A DNA stretch of 64,000 bases from Amoebidium appalachense (lineage: Eukaryota > Protista > Ichthyosporea). The stretch lies in NCBI GenBank assembly GCA_963693365.1, contig CAVNZM010000010.1, positions 8,619,794-8,683,793 of the forward strand, written 5' to 3'. A program made the translations under genes and the position numbers. Positions 22,918 to 35,638 of the stretch are shown here, piece after piece. The notes under the pieces were generated by a model. The model was not told where the DNA came from. It was given only the letters and a program-made list of their open reading frames with translations, and did no database searches. How positions within the stretch are numbered: the first letter of the stretch is position 1; every line of letters begins with the position of its first letter.

Positions 22918-23414
22918 GCACCCTCTTTAGGCCACATCTCGTCGAGAATTTGTGCGTGTTATATAATGACACTTCTCTAAAGCCCTCCCCTTTTTTCTCC
23001 TGCCCCCCATGCACTCACACACTCACCGTGAACGGACCCCCCCCTCGGGTACTGTGGATAACGTGGGCCCCCCCTGAGGATGGGCTCTGCTTATTATGCA
23101 TACTCTTTATGTATGGCTTGCATTCTGCATCGTGTTATCCGTTTGTTCTTGTGTACTTCGTACTTTTTGACGCATTCAAACCCCCCCCCCCCCCCCCCCC
23201 CCCGGCCCAGCCCCCCTCCCTCACACACACACACGCGCATATGCGCGCACGCACACACACACACTCATCCACTCACTCACTCACACTCACTCACATTCAC
23301 ACTCGCAACTTTGCATATTTACATATTCGGCCATTTGCATATTTGCATGAACCTGTATGTGAGGGCCACGCCATGTGTGTTGTATTGTGTTTTCCCTTTT
23401 ATTGTATATTTCCA

Positions 23415-23452
<38 letters not shown>

Positions 23453-23706
23453 ACCACCACCACCACCACCACCACCTCCTCCTCCTCCTCCTCCTCCCAC
23501 CCTCACCCCACCCCCAAACACACACCCACAGAGACACGAAAAACACATGTGTGCTCCTGTCGGAGTGGTCATAAGCACACACATATTGCTTGTACACACG
23601 TATGGGGACACAAATAATTGCTCGTGGGTCAAAGTTCCGAATCTCCGTTTGTATGCCTCTTGTTCGGTGCCCCCTCCCCCCCCCCCCCCCCCCCCTCCAC
23701 ACACAG

Positions 23707-23781
<75 letters not shown>

Positions 23782-25026
23782 CATGGATCCATGTATAGCA
23801 GCGCTTCTTTTTCTGTCGAACACTTAGTCTTACCCTAAACATCACCTTACACAATATGGCCTGCTGTAAATTTCTTGAAATCGCATTCCCCCCCCCCCCC
23901 CCCCCCCCCCCCCCTCCCCCTCCCCCTGCAAATCTAGACTGGGTGGTCCGTCATATATGTGTACTTCGTACTGTATAACACATTCTGCCCCCCCCCCCCC
24001 CAGACATCTTTACTTCCATGCAACCGGGCATGGTTGCTCTGTGTCGTGCATCTGTAAGCACATACGCGTTTGTCGCTGCACTGCATTAGTTTGCACATAC
24101 ATCTTCACCGTTTTGCTCACCTTGCTTGCATAAGCAACCCTGCTCGTCTTTGATCAAGACGGGTTGACCCACCCAAGTTCAGTTGATGCTGCTGTCTGAG
24201 TTGGAGCGTCGTATATACGCGGGCTAAGGGGTCGAAACTCAGACGCAATTGATGACTTGGGCCCTCCCTGAGGATGGGCTCTGCTTATGACGCATACTGT
24301 GCGCATGGCTGATGCTGCATACTTGAATGTTTGCCTTTGCATGTGTCCTGCACCATGCTTCTCATCGTGTATGCGTACTTCGTACTGTGTTCCGCATTCA
24401 AACCCCCCCCCCCCCCCCCCCCCCCCCGGCGCCCGCCCCGCTCCCCACAAAAAAGAAAACAAGAAGAAAGAAGGAAAAGAAAAAGGACTGGCCCTCTGTG
24501 TGTCTTTTGGTGCTCCGGGCTGCCCTAAGCTCTGTGTTGTCTGTATTGGGGCCTAGAGTATTCTAGTCTGCTTTGAGCATAGTTTTGTTGATGTGGCCTT
24601 GTTTCTCTCTCACTTTCTCTCTCGCTTTCTCTTCCCTCTCCCCCCCCCCCCTTCTCTACTTCTTTCCCTCCCCTCCTCCCCCCCCCCCCCCCCCCCCCCC
24701 TTCTCCTCCTTGGGCCCTTTCTGAGGATGGGCTCTGCTTATGACGCATACTGTGTGCATTGCTGATGTTGCATACTTGAATGTTTGCCTTTGCATGTGTC
24801 CTGCACCACGCTTCTCATCGTGTATGTGTGCTTCCTACCATGTTCCGCATTTCAACCACCCCCCCCCCCCCCCCCCCCCCTTCCCCCCCTCCCTCTCTGT
24901 GTTGTGTGGGTGTGGGTGTTTTGGGTGGGTCGTCACCTGGCTCTTCCTCTTGTCCCCCCCCCCCCCCCCCTCCCCCCCCCCCCCCCCGGGCGTGGCCCAC
25001 ATCTGCATTATGGTGTGTGTGTGTAC

Positions 25027-25057
<31 letters not shown>

Positions 25058-25403
25058 CGTGTGTGCCGGGCCCTTTGAACACATCGACCACCATGCTGAC
25101 TGGGTTGGTTGTTGCAGTGGGCAAAAAGGACTCCATCGGTCTGCGCATGCAGAAAAATGTAAGCCCCGCCCCTCCCCACCCCTCCCCCCCCCGCGTTCTC
25201 CCCCCGGAGAAAAAAAAAGAAGAAAGAAAAGAGCAACAACAGGAAAGAAAAGGCATGCGCAATAGGTAATAATGGGGGCAACCTTTACAGCAAATAGCTA
25301 GCGCTCAATAGTTTTGACGTATATGAGCAATGAAGCATGTGGTTGTGTTTGCAATCTGTTGAATGTGTGGATGGATAGATGCTTGGTGCTGGTGCCCTAC
25401 CCA

Positions 25404-25436
<33 letters not shown>

Positions 25437-27293
25437 ATGTTAATAGTACTATAGGAGTTTAGTTGAATAATATCATATACATATAGGTGCTGGGCAAGAT
25501 GGCGGCCAAGAGTGTATAGTCTAATACTAATATATACATACTAATATACTAAGAAATAGACATACACATATAGGCGCTAGGCAAGATGGGGGCCAAGAGT
25601 GTCAAGTATAATACAAATATATACATAAACACTTAAACATACATACATTATATACATTAATACTAATACATATGAATGCACATATAGGTGCTGGGCAAGA
25701 TGGGGGCCAAGAGTGTCAAGTCTGTGATAGACGATGAGATGGCCGAGGCGCTGGACAACCTGCACGACCTGGTGGCCCTGCAGACAGACCAGAAGACTGC
25801 TGACAAGCTCATAAAGGTGGGGGGGTGGCTGGGTGGGTGTGTGTGTGTGTGTGCGTGCTGCTGTGCCTTGCAGGCTCATAAAGGTGGGGGGGGTGGCTGG
25901 CTGGGTGTGCATGTGTGTGTGTGCGTGCTGCTGTGCCTTGCAGGCTCATAAAGGTGGGGTGTGTGTGTGTGTGTGTGTGTGTGTTGCTGTGCCTTGCAGG
26001 CTCATAAAGGTGGGGTGTGTGTGTGTGTGTGTGTGTGTGTGTTGCTGTGCCTTGCAAGCTCATAAAGGTGTGTGGTTGGGTGGGTGGGTGGGTGGGTAGG
26101 TGGGGGGGTGGGGGGGGGGGGGGTTGGGAGGAGGGTGAGGGGAGGGGGTCGGGGGGAGGGGGGGGGGGGGGGGAGTCTCGGAGGGAAAGTTGTGGGAATG
26201 GGTGTTGGAGGGCTACAGATTGTGGTGGCGGGGGGTGGGTTGAGGAAGGGAACGATTGGGGGGTGAGAAGAGGGGTAGAGTGCATAAGAATAAATAGATA
26301 ATAGAAATGTAATGGGAGAAAGTGAAGGGACTAAAAATAGATAGATGATAGAGTCTAGAAATAGATAAGATTAAATAGATAATAGAAAGGTAATGGAAGA
26401 GAAGTGCATAAAAAAATAGATAAATAATAGAAAGGTAACGGAAGAGAAGTGCATAAGAATAAATAGATAATAGAAAGATAATTGAAGAAAAGTGAATAGA
26501 AAATAAATAGATAATAGAAAGGCAAGGGAAGAGGAGTGAAGAGGAATAAATAGATAATAGAAAGATAATAGAAGTGAATAAATAGATAGTAGAAAGATGA
26601 TGTAAGAAAAGTGAATAAGATTAAATAGAAAGGTAAGGGAAGAGAAGTGAATATGATTAAATAGAAAGGTAAGGGAAGAAAAGTGAATAAGAATAAATAG
26701 ATAATAAAAAGATAATAGAAGAGAAGAGAATAAATAGAGAATAGACCTGTAAGAGAAGAAAAGTGAATAAGAATAGATAAATAATAGAAAAGTAATGGGA
26801 GAGAAGTAAATCAATAGCTGATAGAGCATAAAAAGAGATGAATAATATTTAATAAATAATAGAAAAGTAAGGGAAGAGAATAAGAATAGATAAATAATAG
26901 AGAAGTAATGGGAAAGAGAAGTAAATAAATAGATGATAGAGCATAAAAAGAGATGAATAATATTTAATAAATAATAGAAAAGTAAGGGGAAAGAAGTAAA
27001 TAAAGATATGATAGATGATACAGCATTGAAGAGATGAATAAGAATAAATAGATATTAGTAAGAAGTAGCCTCTCAAGAAGCCGTGTGTGCATGTGTGTGT
27101 GTGTGTGTGTGTGTGTGGCTGGAGAGTGGGGGGAGGGGGGGGGGGGGGGGAGGGGGGGAGGCGGACTAACCAGCGCTGATGGAAAGGTGAAGCAAAGTGC
27201 ACAGTTGCACAACCTCATATTGGCTGCCCTGCTGTTGACATGGGCACCCGCCTTCAAGTGAGCACACTATTCCCCTTAGGGGACGAGGGGGAA

Positions 27294-27329
<36 letters not shown>

Positions 27330-27877
27330 CTGTGTAGGCAAATGCTGGGGTGATGTTGTGTCTCGAACTAACATGGGGGATCATAACAGAACGTTGTGAA
27401 GATCGTTGTCAAGATGGGTATTCTGCTCAAGAACAAGCAGTTCACGGAGGCCGAGATAGCGCAGGTGGGCAAGAGCCAGGGCCAGTTCCGCAAGCTGAGC
27501 ATGAGCCTGGTGAGCTTCTACGAGGTCATCGGCAGCTTCGACTACGACTACTTGGCCGGCCAGCTGAAAGACCTGCAGGGCGTGCTCAAGGTGTGTTTGT
27601 GTGGGTGGGTGGGGGGAGAAGGGGGGGGGGGGGGGGGGGGGGAAGGGTGGGGGGGTGGGAGAGAGGGGATGTGTGTGGGGGGGGGGAGGGGTGGTTGGTG
27701 GGTGGATCCTGGGGTTGGGGATGGGGGGGGGGGGGGGGTGCAGGCGGTTGGTTGGCGTGTTGTTTGGGTGTGGAAGAGTTGGCATAAGTGTCGGTGGTAA
27801 AGGGGTGTGAGGGCACATATGTGGTTGGATGTGGTTAGGTTTTTTTGTTTTTTCTTTCTTTCTTTCTTTCTTTTTTT

Positions 27878-27937
<60 letters not shown>

Positions 27938-28096
27938 CTCTCGTGTGTGGATGTGTTGCCTGTGTGCAGTAGTTGCGATAACCGCTTTGAAGCAAGCGCG
28001 GAAGAGGGAAGTGTTTTGGTTTCCCGGCTGATTTGTGTGTGTCTGTGTGTATTTGTGTTTGGGGATTTTTTATTATTTTTTTATTTTTGGGGGGGT

Positions 28097-28136
<40 letters not shown>

Positions 28137-28702
28137 GGTCGGCGTGGCGGCGGCAATGGGGTTTCTTGCGTTTGGTTTGTACCTCTTGCACCCACTCTAT
28201 TTGTACCTCTTGCATCCGCTTACACGTGGTACCACTTGCACACACTGACATGTGGTACCTCTTGCAACCAGTCACTCTTTGTACCTCTTGCACCCACTCA
28301 CACGTGGCACCTCTTGCACACATCACTCTTGGTACTTCTTGCACCCACTCACACCTGGCACCTGTTGCAACCACTCACTCTTGGTACCTCTCGCACACAC
28401 TGACACTTGGTACCTTTTGCACCCACTCACTCTTTGTACCTCTTGAACACACTCACACGTGGTACCGCTTGCACCCGCTCACACGTGGTACCTCCTGCAC
28501 GCACTGACACGTGCACCCACAGACGCTGCTCACCCCCCACCTGACGGAAAAGTCCATTGGGCGGCTAGACATGATCTTTGCGCACTTCCTCAAGCCCGGG
28601 GTCATGGCCAAGTCGTTCGACCCCAAGACCACAGAGGAGCATAAGATCCTGGGGGAGATCTGCCGAGTATTGAAGAAGCTGGTCGATGAAAACAAGATCT
28701 GA
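22350..28702 (+). CDS. TNFAIP8: TNFAIP8/TIPE family protein, about 183 aa
   Basis: Exons 22350 (A of ATG, inferred), 25118-25158, 25688-25816, 27390-27590, 28523-28702, all GT-AG and in phase. Protein MGKKDSIGLRMQKNVLGKMGAKSVKSVIDDEMAEALDNL..KLIKNVVKIVVKMGILLKNKQF..LSMSLVSFYEV..SFDYDYL..HLTEKSIGRLDMIFAHF..ICRVLKKLVDENKI* matches TIPE hallmarks (QKKILGKM, IDD, IK..IK..IL.RNNQF, SFY.V..TFD, HLT.KS.GR...VF.HF). Confidence 0.92.
24258..24402 (+). repeat. Dispersed ~110-145 bp repeat (other copies ~23074-23180, ~23947-23986 partial, ~24711-24856, ~55281-55385)
   Basis: Shared start CTG(A)GGATGGGCT(C/G)TGCTT and end GTACTTCGTACT...CATTC followed by a poly-C run; four copies in TNFAIP8 intron 1 and one in a DIS3L intron. 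Confidence 0.75.
25478..26075 (+). repeat. Tandem duplications of both splice junctions of TNFAIP8 exon 25688-25816
   Basis: Two degenerate upstream copies of CATATAG|GTGCTGGGCAAGATGG..GCCAAGAGTGT (~25480, ~25568) and four downstream copies of GCTCATAAAG|GTG (~25873, ~25944, ~26000, ~26058). Confidence 0.9.
26270..27060. repeat. Degenerate A/G-rich satellite in TNFAIP8 intron
   Basis: Recurring AATAGATAATAGAAAG(G)TAA..GAGAAGTG motifs, nearly C-free. Confidence 0.8.
28178..28522. repeat. Degenerate ~27-bp minisatellite ending at the acceptor of TNFAIP8 last exon
   Basis: Units like TGGTACCTCTTGCACCCACTCACACG; the last unit reads TGCACCCAC-AG and is the 3' splice site. Confidence 0.85.
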
Positions 28703-29019
28703 TTGGTTAGTTTTAGCTGCTTGCGTCCTGGGGACTTATGCATAATGGGGGAGCGTGGGGGCGGCTAGAATGAAATAGCTGGGACCTATCTATATAGGCT
28801 TATATACTTCGTGCCAGGGGCCCCACCTTTTGTTTTTTAGTGGTTAATCGCAATATAACTGATAGCTTTGATTGGTTTATAATCCTGCTGATAAGAATAA
28901 AATGACTGAATCATGTCACACTAAGACTGCAGCACGTGCCACATGAATACTCTAGCAGTCGTGTAAGCAGCCAAGCTTAGGGATTCATTCTTGAAGTGGA
29001 CCCCCCCCCCCCCCCCCCC

Positions 29020-29097
<78 letters not shown>

Positions 29098-29511
29098 ACA
29101 GTACTAGTGTCACACATGCACGTGCGCGCCACACACAAACACACACACACGTGCGCGCGCGCGGGCCGTTCCAAAAAAGTCTGTGAACGTTGTGTTACAA
29201 ATGTCGGTGTGTGTATGTACTTCGACTACTCTCCTTAAAACCGTGTACACCTGTGTTGAATTTACTGCAGTTTCAAGCTGGCAAGGTATTAATGGTTTGA
29301 AACTCTGGTGCGCACTATCATATATCAACGGTGAATTTTTCTGATGGATGACCCTGCAATTAATTGGGGCCAGGCCCTCGTGACTACTAGAGTCACGGGG
29401 CTCTGCCTACCGATATCATGCATACTCTGCAGGTGCTCGATCGGGGCCGCAAGATCTTCACTTGACAAAGTGCTGTAAAAACTACATGTAGCGTAGTCGA
29501 AAGCTGCAGCT

Positions 29512-29543
<32 letters not shown>

Positions 29544-30005
29544 TTCATGCCTACCCCAGGCAGTCCTCCAGCTCTATGAGGACAGTAACTGTTTGACGCC
29601 CTCAATCATTACGTTATAGTGACTCCTCAGGTACAAGCATTAAACTTGCGGCACGTTGGCCTTTCAGCCTGTTTTCGAACCGTAGTAGTAAAGTTTATGA
29701 CAAAGATGGGGTGGGGTACCATATTACATTCACTGAATATGTGTGGTGGTTACAATATCAATACAGACTGCCAAGCTGGGTATATATTTAAATTCACCCC
29801 CTTTGTCACGTGGCCGAGCAGCCTGTCGAGGCACTGATTCAATTTGAACTTAGTAGCAAATGAATGCAGGCGAACCCAAGGCAGGGGGTTTGCCACAATC
29901 ATGAGCTCGTAGCGCACATATCCGGCCACTGTTTCTAAGTCCGTGAATGTGAACTTCGTCAGGCCTTAAAACATTCCAGCAAAATTAACCCTTAATCATT
30001 GAAGT

Positions 30006-30056
<51 letters not shown>

Positions 30057-30609
30057 AAAAAAAATGGTGTTGCTGTACATAACCCAGCTCGTCTCTGATC
30101 AAGAAGGTATGCCGGTGCAAGTAACGATATCCTGGTCGACTTATGTTCCAGTGAAACAGTAGCTGAGTTGGTGCAGTACTAGTTGACAGGGTGGATGGAT
30201 GGAAACTGGGGTACTACATGTGTGTGTTCTCTAAATACCGTGCTCATGTGTTGAACATGCCTGTCGTTTGGTCGGTATTGTACATGTGTAGTAGCCCTAG
30301 CCAGTCTGTAGTAACGTATTCTAAACGACCCCCCCTCCCCCCCCCCCCCCCCCCCCCTCCCCCTCCCCCCCCAAGCCCGATTGCATTCTCTCGACCTCCA
30401 TCGGTCCTCCTATAGTCCATCCCACTGAGGAGTACCGGTTTCCACCGAAATAGCTTTTTTCCCGAAGGCTGTTTTCTTAAAGTTTTTTTTTTTCCTTTTT
30501 TTTTCCCCTTTCTTTCTTTCTTTCTTTCTTTCTTTTTTCTTCTTTTTTTTTGGTTTGTGCGTGTGCGTGTGTGCGTGTGCGTGTGTGTGTGTGTGCACCT
30601 GTGTGTGAC

Positions 30610-30665
<56 letters not shown>

Positions 30666-31232
30666 CATGTGCATGTGTGTGTGTGTGCGTGTGTGCGTGT
30701 GTCTGCGCATGAAACAGTGCACGTGTGTGCGCGTGCATGCGTGTCACACGGTGTGTGCATGCGCCACAGTTAGATCTTTACGGTGTGTGTGTGTGTGTGT
30801 GCACTAAATCTATGACGTGTAGCCTAAGGCCATATATCCTTACATACGTATATATATATCCATATCTGCAACCACATCCCCAGCACAGTGCACTAGTCAG
30901 GCCCAATTATAAGCTCTTTGAAACCCACGGCCTAATCCCCTCCACTCACGGCCGTACCACGTCCAGGCAGGTCTAGTCTGTTGGTTCTGACCTCAGAGGA
31001 GTCACTCGGATCGGTGTGCATGAGCCTCGACTGCTGTGACACAGTATGTAGTGCTTCGCCGGCTGACTCGGAGTACCACGGCCCTACGAGGCCCTACGTA
31101 GCCCTGTTCAGCTGTGGAGGCAAGGCAGGTGCCACAGCTAGATAACTTAGTAACTGAATCATTGTCGATGCAGATTTTTGTTGAGTCAACCTATCCAGAT
31201 ATCACCTTACTATCGTTGTAAGTACAGTCTGA

Positions 31233-31412
31233 CAGTCGGCGTTCGCGAATAAGAGACACCACGAATAAGAGATCTAGCGCTACCAAAGTTGGGGGGACAA
31301 TTATATGACGTCATAGTTTTCTATATAGTGACGTCATATTCTCATAGTAGAGAATAAGATACTTCAGCGTTACGCCCCGTGGAGGGAGTCTCTTATTCGT
31401 GGACGCCGACTG
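31233..31412. mobile_element. ~180-bp MITE with Tc1/mariner(pogo)-type terminal inverted repeats
   Basis: Left CAGTCGGCGTTCGCGAATAAGAGAC, right GTCTCTTATTCGTGGACGCCGACTG (reverse complement CAGTCGGCGTCCACGAATAAGAGAC; 23/25 match); TA follows the right end; left flank reads TACAGTCTGA; no ORF inside. Confidence 0.7.
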
Positions 31413-32510
31413 TATCAACCCCCTTCCCCCGCCCCGGGCCGGCGCGCCAGCTGCATGCCTATGCATACAATGTGGCACGTCAATGTGAAACGTGTACATG
31501 TACTGTACATGTGCACATATATATATTTCGAGATTCGAGGGCAATTACGTACAGCACGTGCACCTGCCGGTTGAGACCTGGCGCCCAGGTCGACGACTCG
31601 ACAGTCGACACACGTGCTGCGAACGGTGCGATCGATCGATCGCGAGAACATTCCAATTGGATTCCATCGATGTGCAAGCTACGCTTTTGGTTGGCTGTCT
31701 AACTTCCCTTGCAGTTCTGATTGTTGATTGGTTGCGGACGCATCGCCATTATGTAGTCCCTCACGAAAAAATAGCCGAAACAATGCCATAATTTATTGAT
31801 GGTGATGCTCAAGATTTGCAACTCAACAATTTGCGGGCACTTAAAACTTAGATAAATGAAAAGAAATGGCAGAAATGGTTTCAAATATACATGTAATGCG
31901 GAAAACCAAAACTTAGTATTGTATGTAGTGTGAGGAGTGCGATATATTATGGTTTTTCAGAAATGTTTTTTGGGTGGTAGATATGGGGAGTTATCCTCGA
32001 TTATATCATATTCAGGCTGACTCGGCTGAGGTTGTAAGGCTAACTATTCTGCTTGTAAATAATACATTTTTTTTTAAACCGTACACTACATTATGAATAC
32101 AGCCATACCATGATACTATCTGCATGTATGATGACTCGCTGAATGAATGAGCCTATAGTGAGGCTGTTGCTCATTCGGGGCACAATACCTCGATCATGTT
32201 TCAGGCCCTTCCCTGTGGACTGAAAAGAGGTTTGTTATCTGCCAGAGAGCTGGTCACCGGTACCCGCAATGTCGTCGGTCAGCAGTACAAGGCGATGTCT
32301 CAAGTCTCCCCAGCTAAACCAGTCAGCCTGATTCACGCACTATCCTTCCCTCAGCAACAACATGCATGATAGCATTTCGTGCGTTGCGGCGTTCTTTCTG
32401 TGCTTTTTAAGCACTTCTAACCTATGAAGACCACCATAGTATGTTCGGCGTTCGTTTTGGTATAAAAATTCTCCCCCCACGCCAGACCTACAACCAAAGA
32501 TCCTGCACCT

Positions 32511-34619
32511 ATGGCAGGTGCAGACGGTGGGGAGGCAGTAGGACGCCACGGTTGCTACGACCGGGCGGGCCAGAAGCCACCAGTGCTGGTTGATATCAGT
32601 GGGGCCCCCACAAACGGTGATGGGCACGCCAGGCCGCCGGCTGAGGTGATGGACACACAAGGCAGGGACGAATATTCGGGCCCTGGCAAGCTATGCCGTC
32701 AAGCCAATAACTTTAACGAAGAGGCAGACAAGCCATGCCCCGGCAGGCCCTTACCCGCCGGGGAAGTGCACGCGCGTTTGGTGGCGGCCGAGCGGGGCGG
32801 GGCCGGCCAGCACACGGAAGACGTGCTGGGGGCAGCAGCGGCGGCCTACCGGGCACGGCGCAAGCAGCGGGCGCGGCGCTACCTGCTGCAGACGTTTGGG
32901 GCGCACCTGCTGGTGGTGCTGCTGGGGCTGGCCGTCGAGGCCGTGTTTGTGGCGCTGTGCCTGCGCGTCACCACCGTGGCCCCCCACCACGTGGTCGTGC
33001 GCCAGGCCGACCAGCTGCTGGCCGCACAGGCACAGGCCAACAAGCTCCCGGCCGACCCTGTGGCCCAGGCCCAGCTGCAGGCGGGCGTGGCGGACTTCAG
33101 GGCCGTGGTGGGGCAGCAGAAGGCCCTTGGCGCGCAGCTGTTTGCCTACGAGGCCGGCTTCACGCTGCTGGCCGTGCTGGTCGTGCTCGCCGTCATGGCC
33201 GTGGTCTGGGCCCACCGCAGCCACCCCACCGTGCGCTCCCGTGGCCGCCTGTACCTGTGCCTGGTCTTTGGGGCGGCCCTCTTTCTGCTGGCCAACACGG
33301 TGGTCCTCAGTGCCGCCTGTCTGCTGCGCATGGACGTGTTCGACCCCACCCTCGACTACACCCGGCCAGACGTGCTGAATGCACAGCTCGACAAGGTGGC
33401 CTTGCAGATGTTTGTAGGCTTTGCGCTTCTGTTTTGGGCTACTGCACAGTTCTTCTCTGTGCTCGTTATGCGCCAACGTATGCTGGCCATGGCCTACAGC
33501 ACGGCCCTACCGACCAGTAAGATGGCGCAGTTGGGTGCGTGGCAGTGGGTGTTGTGCCTGACCATGGTGGGCATTGTGTGTGGTGTGTCGACGCACATTG
33601 CCTGGTACGTTGTGGACCGCTACCACCCACGGTTACTAAGGTGGGGGATCCTTGGCACCACCTCCTACGGGTCCCTGTACGGCCCCCTCCTCGTGTACTA
33701 CCTGCGAAAGACTAAAGATGCAGCGCTGCAATTCAACGACATGTACAGCAACATACGCACCATGCTGCTCAGCTATGTGGTGTTTACTGCGCTATTGATT
33801 CTGTCCATGATTGTGCCCAGCAGTGTCGTGTCTGGGTCTGTGGGCTGGACCTCCCTGCTGCGGTTTGTGGTGTGCCTGCAGACACTGGACCAGTTTGCCA
33901 CCCAGGCCATCCAGGCTACGTGGTATGCAAACGGTACCAGCCAGCCCGCTCTACGAAGCTCCGGGCGGCCCCTGACGGCCGGCCGGCTCTTCCATCTGTC
34001 CAAAACCCTGACACAGGTAGCGGGCCGAACACAGCAGCAGGTACGTGCCCATGTGCATAGTTACGCACACACTACACATTATGCACACACCACATGCCGT
34101 GCTCGGGGCAAAACGACAAAATAATAAATAAGAAAAGATGGGGAAGGAGGGGGGGGGGGGGGGGGGGGGGGTTCACCGTTTGAGAAGGAAAGGCAATGCT
34201 ATGAACCCTAGATGATGTCAAATAGCGGTTTATGATAAGAAAGGCACGGCCACAATATAAATTCTGTACGGTGAGTAGCGCCAAAGAGGGTGGCATACAC
34301 AGATCTAGTAACGCCAGTCTGATGGCATGTTTCTCCCTGCTTATGCATAACACTCCTTAGCTATATTATATAGTATAATTGCTAACATTATGCTTGATCT
34401 TCAAAGGGTGTGCCGGGGGTTGCCATCACCGAGCACGACACCACCTTCGCACACAGAGGGAAATACGAGTCATACAGTAGGGGAAGGAGCGGTGATTGTG
34501 GTGGATGGCAACGCGGTGGACTTGGTCAACGTGGTGCAGAAAGTAGACCGCAAGATGAAAAATGCCATGCAGTAGCTCTACGGGTATTGCATGTACAAAT
34601 TGCATGCAGAAGGCAGTAG
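32511..34619 (+). CDS. Class-C-like 7TM (GPCR-like) membrane protein with an extra N-terminal TM helix
   Basis: 1530-nt GC-rich exon 32511-34040 (donor CAG|GTACGT); probable last exon from 34407 (branch GCTAAC, AAG|), C-terminus uncertain. Eight hydrophobic segments; post-TM1 motif VVWAHRSHPTVRSRG and post-TM5 LRKTKD..QFND resemble class C / fungal 7TM loops. Confidence 0.75.
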
Positions 34620-35603
34620 GCTGGTGGCAGCACGTAAGACCGGAAGGCAGGTGGATTGGTGGCAAGTGGCACATTAGTTGATAAGGAGAGTGGATGGAGA
34701 GTGTAGGTGCAGACGTGGAGAGATGCCGACTTGGCCGGTCCGTCGAAGCCACAGGCATTCTGCATACACACACACACGCACACACGCAAGCACATGCACG
34801 CGCGCACACACCCACACGCACACACACGTTCTAATGTAGCAGCCTGAGGCACATGGCAGTGGCGAGCAGCTATGGCATTGTTTAGCCCAGCCACGTCCAT
34901 GGACCCACAGTCAATCTAGAACTGTAGTGTTGTTTTTTTTTGTTTTTTTTTTATTTTTAAAAAAAGATCGATTGGATGCGGCCTCAAATAATGATTTGTT
35001 ATATAAGTACCCGGTTTAGTATCTTGTAAAGAAGTAAACTGCTTCAAAATTCGGTATGTTGTTTAGGTCTGAATGAAAGTGTTGCCCCTGCACTCATTTA
35101 AATATTATCAGTGAAGTCACAGTGGATTTTTCGTAGTGTTGGCGCTTGATTTATAAGTAAGTTGTTATTATTGAAAGCTTGAATTGGCAGAGGCGTAGAT
35201 GATCTGCGAACTAATTTGGTAACATATTGTCTAATTGTACTGAGTGGTAATCGCCGTCAAAACCATGCAGAAACTTTGTATAGCATGTTAACACTGTGAA
35301 CAGGTATTATGATAGCACATGTACATGTGATTCACCGGGCAGCGGTGATCGAATGAATAGAAAACAAAATGTACTCCAATTTTATCGAAGAAACCCAATC
35401 GAAATCCACCCAGTCAGCAGATGTTCACTTGACTAGGGAACTCAGTGGCATCACTACCCACTAAGCCAATTGTGCCGCTTTAGAGCCACATGTGTGAATG
35501 TTGCAACGATTATAATAGAGTACATGCTTTTTGCTTTCAGTGAAAAAGCGGAGGGGGAGGAGGGAGGAGGTATGTAGGCCTACTTGGTGGAGAGGTGCCT
35601 TCC

Positions 35604-35638
<35 letters not shown>

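Noticed and set aside
26371-27257. Hydrophobic F/L/I/Y-rich minus-strand ORFs resembling membrane proteins
   Set aside because: Antisense translation of an A/G-rich intronic satellite inside TNFAIP8.
32735-33520. Overlapping 160-260 aa ORFs in other frames and antisense
   Set aside because: Shadow ORFs of a high-GC3 coding exon.
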